Shown here in pieces: positions 40,893-48,845 of a DNA stretch of 48,845 nt (the first letter of the stretch is position 1; each line of letters starts with the position of its first letter). Below the pieces are notes generated by a model. The model saw only the letters and a list, made by a program, of their open reading frames with translations, ran no database searches and was not told the DNA's origin. The stretch lies in the NCBI GenBank assembly GCA_001938485.1, contig MQRK01249762.1, forward strand, positions 1 to 48,845, read 5' to 3'. The stretch is from Girardia tigrina (Eukaryota). The translations under genes were made by a program, and so were the position numbers.

Positions 40893-42963
40893 TTGAGTTA
40901 ACTCTTGCGTCGAATAAATTTTAAATTACAAATTGGTTTAAATTTTATGTTACAGATAAAAATGATCAATAGAAAATTACTTCGCAAACATTTTCTAACA
41001 ATTTCACATCCTAAAGAATACTTTTATATTTATGTTTAAGATGCCTTATATTAAGGAAATTCGCCTCATTCATATAATTGATTTTTGTGTATAAAATAAA
41101 GTATTTCAAACGAGTGATCTTGAACGACGATTGAAAAGCCCTCTGATTTTAGTTTATAAGCTTTGAAATCATTTCTTTAATACTGATGTTTTTCTAATCA
41201 TACTCGGTTTTTCGTTGTATTTATAGTGAGATGTGAGAACAATCGTGAATGAATGACCAAATATAACACTTGAATAATTATTACAATTTTCCGGAGTAAT
41301 ATTGATTGGATTTGTGTATAAAAAGAGTTTTTAGATTACTGGAGCTCATATTAACTAACTGCAACACCACATACCAGTAAATTTCCCCCAAGAAGTGGAT
41401 ATTAGAATTTATTGGCGTTTCTTCGTTTCCCTTGTAACGAATATCAATCAAACGATACCGTTTCGTATAAATAATCACTCATAATAACAATGAGCGCAGT
41501 ATATTATACCATCTCTTATTACTTGTTTTTACTAATTAATAGGGTTCCAATTTTATGTGGTCTTAAAATAATAGTATATTTTTATTGGTCATTAATTTGA
41601 TGTAATAATATGACTTTTACTTTCAATCTTTTTTTGATATAAATGGTTAGTGTTGACACAAAAGTAGAATATTACCAAAAGCTTTCCTGGTTATTCCTCT
41701 TTCATGTGCCGAGATTGTATGGGATCCATATGCTATCACCTGTTCTTTACGTGATTCGTCTACTTGAGACAGTACGGCACCTATTGTTTAGAAGCTAGCG
41801 TACGTCTCTAAGATGAACTTTATCCTGGAAATTTAATATTGGTTTTTTTAGTGTTTTTTAGATATCTTTTTCAATTTTCATGTTTCTGTCAATGTTTTTA
41901 CCGAATAAGCGTAAGATTTTTTGTGCGATTTTTTAAATTACTTTTTTAATTTTTTTAGGCTGTTAAAAATTTTTAATTAACATACTTCCATTTTGTGAGG
42001 ATTTAAATTAGTTTTTTTTAATTTTGATATATTTGTAAAGGAGCTAACTGAAACGAATGTTTCAATGAGCTCTTTTAGCGTAAAAAATGTACAAATAAAT
42101 ATAAATAATAAATTTTTATTTTAATACACTATAAACAAATATTAATAACTAACTGGTAAATCATAAAAGTTATCACAAAAAGTAATAATGTTAGATTAAA
42201 TTTAATTGTTTGTTGATGGAGAAAGACGATGATGGATAACCACAACGGAATAGCAAAAATTGAGGTTCAAGAAAGAAAATGTTTTGAAATTGTTTCTGAA
42301 TTGTAATTTTCGAATGGTTTTTATGTTGATTAATTTGGAATTGGACTTAATTCTGTTCTTTTGTACAGACGAATAAATTTTCTGAGTAGGACAATATATA
42401 AATCCACAAATTTTTGTCGTAAATTATATAGTTTTCTAAGGATTTTTTTATTTATTAAACTTTAATAAAACGTCTTTGTAATTTTAAAATTGTTTATTGT
42501 ACATTTTTTAAAACTTAATAATTCTTTAAATGTTTATTTAAATTTTTTACCTTTTACTTTAAATACTTAAAATCAATTATCTTAATGAAAATGAGCAAAT
42601 TCTCATCATCTATGTATTGGAATATGATGATGTTCATTATGTATAATGTATATTATGTTCATAATTTATAATTATTGTATTTATCCATTAAATTAAAATT
42701 TTATAATACTATATTGACTTTTAAGAGGAATCTGTTCTCTTACCATATTGTGACACATATTAAATCCTCATCTCATAATTAGTGATAGTAATTACCGTAT
42801 TATAGCTTTAATATAAAGTTTCAACACAAAGTTTAGGAGTAAGATTTAAGGTTAAGACAAGTTCATACAATTTCATAATGTAAATGATGAAAATATATTT
42901 ATTTCAAAAAGTTTTGTTTGTTTAAAAAATTATTCTTTCCTTTTAAAATGATTAATAAAACAG

Positions 42964-43141
42964 GTGCTCGATTGTTACAAAAAAGATCGTGTTGGTGCTC
43001 ATCAAAGAGAAGTTTTTCTTTTTAACGATCTCTTAGTCACCACCAAAGTCGTTCAGAAGCGGAAAAAAGATGGAGTGATGTATCAATGTCGAAATGTGAT
43101 TCCTTTAAGCAAAGTTGAAATATATTTGTTTGAGACTATGT
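42964..43141 (+). CDS. IQSEC: IQSEC exon (PH domain)
   Basis: aacag|..|gtaaga; VLDCYKKDRVGAHQREVFLFNDLLVTTK..YLFETM; phase 0/1. Confidence 0.96.
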
Positions 43142-43212
43142 GTAAGAGTATTTTTTGTTAAAAAATGTTTTTATAATTTTGATTTCATTATTCCACGACA
43201 TTATTTATTCAG

Positions 43213-43506
43213 ATTATCCATTTGGTATACAATTGAGGCGGGATGATGAAATTTTAATAACTTTCAATACAAGAACAATCACAGATCGAAAGAGATTTGT
43301 TGAAGATTTAATCGAAACAGTATCAGAAGTCACTGAAATGGATAGAATTCGAATTGAAGAAGAATTGTTAAAACAACAACGTTTGAATGCTTCTCCAAAT
43401 ATAGACGCTTCGCGAGATTCTTCAACTTACCACAAGGGAAATAAGATAAATAGTTCAGATAAAAGTTCCCAAGATGTTTTGAGAAGAAAGGATTTATCCA
43501 CAATTA
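43213..43506 (+). CDS. IQSEC: IQSEC exon (end of PH + coiled coil)
   Basis: Follows a 71-nt intron (ttcag|); YPFGIQL..ITFN..DRKRFVEDLIETVSEVTEMDRIRIEEEL; donor gtaata at 43507 is inferred. Confidence 0.88.
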
Positions 43507-43791
43507 GTAATAATATATGTTTTTTCCTTTATCTAAAAGCATATTAAAAAATTGATTTTAATTTTCTTTTTATCTATGATTTTTCAGTTATCTTTAAACG
43601 AATTTTTGTGTTTGTTTGACCGTACTTAAGCTTGTTGGTAAATGTTGGTTTTGTGATCAACGATTGAGTTCATAATATAAAATATTAATTGCTATAACAA
43701 TTTAATGATTTTTCGAACAAATTTATGAAGAACGATGCTTTCTTATTTCGCACAAACCAGATATCAAAATTGGTAAATATAAATATCAATA

Positions 43792-44676
43792 TAGGTCTGT
43801 CCAGTAAGTTTTGACCGATGGTTTTCTGTAAGTATCTAGTGTCTATGATATTTACAATATAGATAACATATACACATGTGAATGATTTTGTAAAATATAA
43901 TTTCAAAATAATCAATTTTTCGTATTGTAGGAAAACTAATTTCAAAAAGATCAGTTAACAAATTGTTTCGAACATAAATATTATTTTGTAATATTGTTTG
44001 ACAGTTGTAATTTCATTGCCTTAAAATGAATTTGAGTCAACGTGATATTCGAATGATGATATATTACTGCTGGAAACGAAATTTGAATCCCCCCGCTATA
44101 TGTAAAGAGATGAATGCCACACTTGGAAGTGGTACTGTTAGTGAGAGCACTTGCCGTCGATGGGTAACACAGTTTAGCAACGGTGATTTTAATGTGGAAG
44201 ATCTACAGCGCTCTGGAAGGCAGTCAATGAACATTGATGACGCTATATTGTAACAGCTGGATTTGGAAAAATACAGCACGTGTCGCTCCATAGCACTTGA
44301 ATTGGCAATTTCCCAGGAGACAGCTCGAAATCATCTCATTCATATGTGAAAAAGGTACCTGTGTAATCGATGAATTCTACATCTACTGTCCCCTGAACAA
44401 ATGGCTAATAGAGAAAGAATATGCAATGAGCTGTTAGCAAAGCAATCGGCTTTTGATTTTCTCCCCAATGAAAACCGCCCTCCGAGAACGAAATTACAAC
44501 TCCGCGGAAGACGTTCAAGTGGTGTTGGAGCGTTGGATTGAAGAGAAACCTCGCAGTTTCTTCACCAAAGGAATGGACCATACTTTGAACACATTAGAGA
44601 TGATGATGAAAATAACAATAAATGCTTATCTTTCACTTGTCTATAAATCCGTCAAGACTTTCTCGACAGACATGTT
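43792..44676 (+). mobile_element. internally deleted mariner
   Basis: Imperfect TIRs gtctgtccagtaagttttgac / gtcaagactttctcgacagac; N-terminal HTH (MNLSQRDIR..CRRWVTQFSNGDFNVEDLQRSGR) is fused to the C-terminus (SDFLIFSPMK..FFTKG). Confidence 0.88.
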
Positions 44677-44898
44677 TATAAATTTGACAAAACATTTCCA
44701 AGCCAATAAAAATTTATTAATTTTGACCATCTAACCGTCATCGTCAGAACAAATGATTTTTCGATCGAAATATACTTATATAGTGCAGTTAATGGTTATG
44801 CAATCAAAACGTCATCAGTACATCATTCAAAAACTCCCCATAAAGTTATAGGGAATGCAGTTTGAACGTTAATTTTAGGATCCGAAGATCTTATATAT

Positions 44899-45438
44899 GG
44901 ATCTAGGAAAATTCACCGACAGCAATTCAACGCGACAGCAATTCGTCACCGGTAAATTCATCGGCTGAAAATTCAGTCACAACAATTCACCACCGGTAAA
45001 ATTTATCGACGTAAACTAGAAAGAAATCTATATCCTGAGTTCAGGAGAAAAATTACGGAATAATGTCTGACATTTATCTGTTGATTAATTTTTATGATTA
45101 ATGTTTGTAGAAAAGCATTTATCATTCAATTCAAAGTAATGGATTGAAAAAGCTGTACGAAATGGATGTTAATTTTGCATTAAACATGAAAATGCTTGGG
45201 GATATTGCATTTGTTTCTATTGAAGCAATGAGAGATGTTTTTGAATGTGATAATTTAATATTTCCACCCGAAGCACTAGAAGTTATCAATTATTTTAAAG
45301 ATACTTGAATCGGATGTCCGACTAGAAACAAGTTACGATGATTTCCACTGTTTACTCTTGAAATGTGGAATATACATTTAGTTATTCTTCAAGGATTACC
45401 ACGAACTAACAATTCTGTTGAAAGGTGGCATAGAGCAG
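44899..45438 (+). mobile_element. internally deleted Mutator-like element
   Basis: Terminus built from aattcacc-type repeats; YFKDT*IG..FPLFTLEMWN..LPRTNNSVERWH. Confidence 0.8.
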
Positions 45439-45808
45439 CTTTTTTACGTCACGCGAGAAGTGCGAATCAAGCCGACCATTCATCATGATTCACGGTACAA
45501 CTCGCTCTACGCCTCTTGATCGGCCACAACCCACCTCTTGATTTCTTTCATGTCCACATAGTCCTCAAACATGATCATACGTTCGCTGTCGCCATGTTAT
45601 TATGCTTCTTCTTAAAATTGTCGCCAAACCCGGGTGCTTTCACCGCGCACACTCACTGCCCGAGTTCCAGCCGGTCGAGCATGAGCCCACTAAAGCCCCT
45701 CCATCCACGCTCTCAGCCACCAGCACAAAAGGCCCTCGAGATCATCTCCGAGAACAAAATATATACGTCCAGGAACTCAAACCTCACGTCTCTGTCTGCT
45801 CTGATAAA
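45439..45808 (-). mobile_element. GC-rich insert, possibly the 3' end of an RTE-like non-LTR retrotransposon
   Basis: Roughly 50% GC; minus strand gives RRSIITWRQ and KRWVVADQEA* followed by a short A tract. Confidence 0.35.
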
Positions 45809-45809
45809 A

Positions 45810-46038
45810 CACGGTAAAACCTTTACCTCTAATGAAGACGTCAAAAATCACTTGGATCAGTTTTTTGCCAGCAAAGAACAAAAATTGTATGAGCGTGGAA
45901 TCATGCTACTACCAAAAATATGGCAAAGTTGTTGGATCAGAATGGCCAATATATAAGTTAATAAAATATTTATTCATTATACGAAGATCATCTTTCATTT
46001 TCACCAAAAAAAACTAAATTACTTTCCGAACAACCCAA
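45810..46038 (+). mobile_element. mariner 3' end, mellifera-like
   Basis: GKTFTSNEDVKNHLDQFFASK..YERGIMLLP..DQNGQYI; TIR ..ttactttccgaacaacccaa followed by TA. Confidence 0.85.
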
Positions 46039-46164
46039 TACATTAATGCCTAGTTATTGCGATTTTTTCTTTTAGAATTTGTGTTTTGTCATTTTTTCAT
46101 AGTTTAAATATACATTGAAAATCATGTTCATGTTCGTCATATTATGCTCTTACTTTAAGAATGG

Positions 46165-47070
46165 TTGGTAGGAAGTACATTAAATTCGTGATTTCAAGGA
46201 ATGTTTTATTGAAGAAATAATCAGTAACAGTCATGTTGAAAGGTTGTTATAAAATGGCTAATCGGGGATACAAGCCTTGCAGATGCAAAAATGAAAAGGT
46301 TGACCATCACATTTCGACAACCATGTTTTTTTTGCCAGTATTGAAAGAGGATGAAAGCTTTACAATGAGAATGTTGACCGAAAACGTGATTGCGGACCCA
46401 TCGACTGTCATAAGTAATCTCAAAAAGTATTAAAATTATTTAGTATGGTTCTACACAAACCCTCGCCGAATTGAACGGAATTCGCACCAGTTTTCTGCAT
46501 CGAAACAAGCAAACTCTGTTCCTGAATAATCCAATCACGGAAAATGAATCTTGATTTTTCTGAAAAAGATGTCAAAAGAAAGAAGGTATACTAGAAAATC
46601 ATCCCAAACGGGATTAGTTATTCGTAGAATGAGTGCATAAAGTGCCAACAAATGTGTTTCTGGCAAAAACGATAAGAGTACTTAGATATCAACAGCAATT
46701 ACTCTGCAATCGAGACTGAAAGATTATACAAAAACGATTCGAGTCTTTATATTTATCGCAAATAAGCACTGGAAACTGCTTTCTCGACCACCTACAGAAG
46801 CACATACGGAATTTCATGCTAATCGGTCACGGAAAATTTTGCTCGCGATCAAATTTGACTATAACTTAAAGGCCACCGTCAAAGATTTGTTGGCTCTTAA
46901 GTACAGCAACTTCTTTACCCGTGGAATTCACCAGCTGTTAAACAAATTGAAAATAGTAATTGAAGTATAAATGATGAATATGCTTAGAATAATCATTTAA
47001 AAATATTTTTGTTGAATCAAATTAATTGATAATTTTGTTGATATAACAAATGGATAAATAAATAGATGCA
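46165..47070 (+). mobile_element. highly degraded mariner
   Basis: HWKLLSRPP..NFFTRGIHQL..KIVIE resembles a mariner C-terminus. Confidence 0.5.
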
Positions 47071-47159
47071 CCTTATCTTTAAATACTTTCAATAGAATAA
47101 TAGGTTTCATTAAATTTTAATAAAGTGTAGAACAATGAAACATTTTATTTAAACAATAG

Positions 47160-47338
47160 TTTCTGCAACCGAACCTAAATTGTCTCCCAACAAGCATCAA
47201 CGCTCCTCTAGTCATGGAACAAGTATACCAGGAATTAATACTGATGTTTATTTGTCTAATAAAATTGTGGATGCCGACTGTTCCCATTCCAATGTCTATA
47301 ACCAACAGAATAGAATCAGTGGAGATAGCGGTCTACAA
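47160..47338 (+). CDS. IQSEC: probable IQSEC C-terminal low-complexity exon
   Basis: caatag|..|gtaatt; SATEPKLSPNKHQRSSSHG..ISGDSGLQ; phase 1 matches the previous donor; no domain homology recognised. Confidence 0.65.
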
Positions 47339-47611
47339 GTAATTATTTCAATTATTATTCATCATTTAATTAATAATATTTTTTCATTACTTGATGTTTG
47401 CCCCTTTTGTTCACTCTGAAACTTGTTTTTGATGAATTTTGAGAAGCAATTTTCGAATCTTATTTTTGCTAATTGATTTATTCTTTAGAAATATGCTTTA
47501 AATTAAATTCAGAAATCGCAGTATAAGATTATACTCAGAATAAAAAGACCAATATGACAATAAGTGTATTTTATTCAGTTATTTTGGTTTAAATGTTAAT
47601 GGTGAAACTTA

Positions 47612-48081
47612 TGTAGAGGATATTGATAGAACATCTGTTAAGAGAACTCACACATTTGACAGAACATTTATTACATTCACATTTCTTATCATCTTTATGA
47701 TGATCAATAGTATTGCTTTCACTTAGATCCATCATTCAATTTTCAATATCTCCCATTATAATCTGAACTATACTTGAGAAGATTATTTTATTTAAAAATA
47801 TTTAATTTAAATTTTATTGGCTTAAATAAAATATTTCTATAGTCATTTTTAAACATTAATTTGATTTTAATTATTTAAAAATTTACAAAAATAAAATCAA
47901 TAAAATTATTAAAATTAAAAATTTGAATATTAAATCTAAATTTAAATAAATAAGTTTCAGATTATATGAATTAAAATATTGATCATCCATCTAATTAGGA
48001 GAGGCACAATCCCAAATCAACATACAACATTTAAACATGCAAACACAACAAAAAAACAATTATGTACCCATATTCCTCACA
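47612..48081 (-). mobile_element. LTR-family copy, minus orientation; left boundary uncertain
   Basis: Ends atattcctcaca at 48081; contains ccatctaattaggaga; 47634-47751 recurs at 48727-48845. Confidence 0.6.
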
Positions 48082-48119
48082 ACATCGAAAGACAAAATTT
48101 CGTTTTTGGAATTTATCTT

Positions 48120-48545
48120 TGTGAGGAATATTTTAAATTGTTTGAATGTGTGAATGTATTGATGTTGATTTAAGTATGTTGAATTTAGAATGGTGATTCT
48201 CCCACCCAGATGGAAATTGGTGTTTTTGTATTTTAAGTGACTGACTATTTGAACATTATTAAAATAATAATTTGATAAGTTTATATTAAAATTAAGTTTA
48301 ATATTTTTTAAGAAATGAAAAGCATTTAATTAGATGTAAATAAAAGTAATAAAATTTAAATTAAATTCATTATTAACAATTTTATATAATTTTATTATTT
48401 TGAGTTTTTATTAAGAAATGGTTAAAATTATTATTTGTAATTAATATTTTTAGAAATTAAATATTTTCAAAAGAATTAAAAAAATTGTTTGAATAATCAT
48501 GATTAAAAATAGAAATAACAAAACCAATTAGAACGATGGCAAACG
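48120..48545 (+). mobile_element. LTR-family copy, plus orientation
   Basis: tgtgaggaatattttaaatt..ttctcccaccagatgga; colinear with the 37790 copy. Confidence 0.65.
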
Positions 48546-48845
48546 GTGTATTAAGAACATTTAAATAAGTCTCGTTTGAATGTTTATTACAATCACATTT
48601 AGAGTTATTATGACTCTCAGAAAATCTTTCATGGTTTGTCATTTTTATACTTGGTTTTCTTTATTACTCTTTTTAATCATGATTATTTGAACAATTTTTC
48701 TAAATTATTTTTTAAAATATTTAGCCTCTGTTAAGAGAACTCACACATTTGTCAGAACATTTATTATATTCACAATTTTTATCATCTTTATGATGATCAA
48801 CAGTAAGGCTTTCACTAGATTCCATCGATCAATTTTTCAATATCT
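48546..48845 (-). mobile_element. LTR-family copy, minus orientation; runs off the window end
   Basis: 48546-48640 is reverse-homologous to 4560-4655; 48727-48845 is a direct repeat of 47634-47751. Confidence 0.55.

Noticed and set aside
41994-42770. Possible second solo LTR (tgtgaggatttaa .. ttaaatcctca)
   Set aside because: The right end is not a clean CA terminus and there is no clear TSD.
44905-45010. Regularly spaced short repeats resembling a CRISPR array
   Set aside because: Units are about 15 bp with no unique spacers or cas genes; they are the terminal repeats of a Mutator-like element.
1860-45320. TGA repeatedly at expected Trp positions (DHD*SFF, E*PSKSPD, FFL*GY, NR*IL, DT*IG), hinting at UGA=Trp recoding
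   Set aside because: All cases are in dead TEs. TAG also replaces Trp (IV*C), TGG is used elsewhere, and the host exons contain no in-frame TGA. Ordinary G-to-A decay explains it.

Overview
Very AT-rich eukaryotic (animal) DNA with two N gaps (18508-18557, 21729-21831). The only host gene I can support is a + strand IQSEC/BRAG-family Arf-GEF (Sec7 + PH). It has seven phase-compatible GT-AG coding exons between 13147 and 47338 and is incomplete at both ends. The rest is intron or flank filled with decayed transposons: mariners of several subfamilies, Tc1 DD34E, DD37E-, maT- and rosa-like elements, pogo/Tigger, Mutator, MITEs, a Helentron-type HINE, a solo-LTR family and Penelope-like (GIY-YIG) retroelements. 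The most notable signal is three minimal hammerhead ribozyme motifs tied to Penelope ends. Two of them form a perfect 95-bp inverted pair inside a young insertion bounded by a target-site duplication (TSD), within the 14.5-kb IQSEC intron. Two diverged, decayed twin-C2H2 zinc-finger ORFs remain unassigned. The composition and TE mix suggest a planarian-like flatworm, but that is inference only. I cannot claim a genuinely new biological system: the best leads are unusual instances of known element classes. Family assignments come from motif recall, not database searches.
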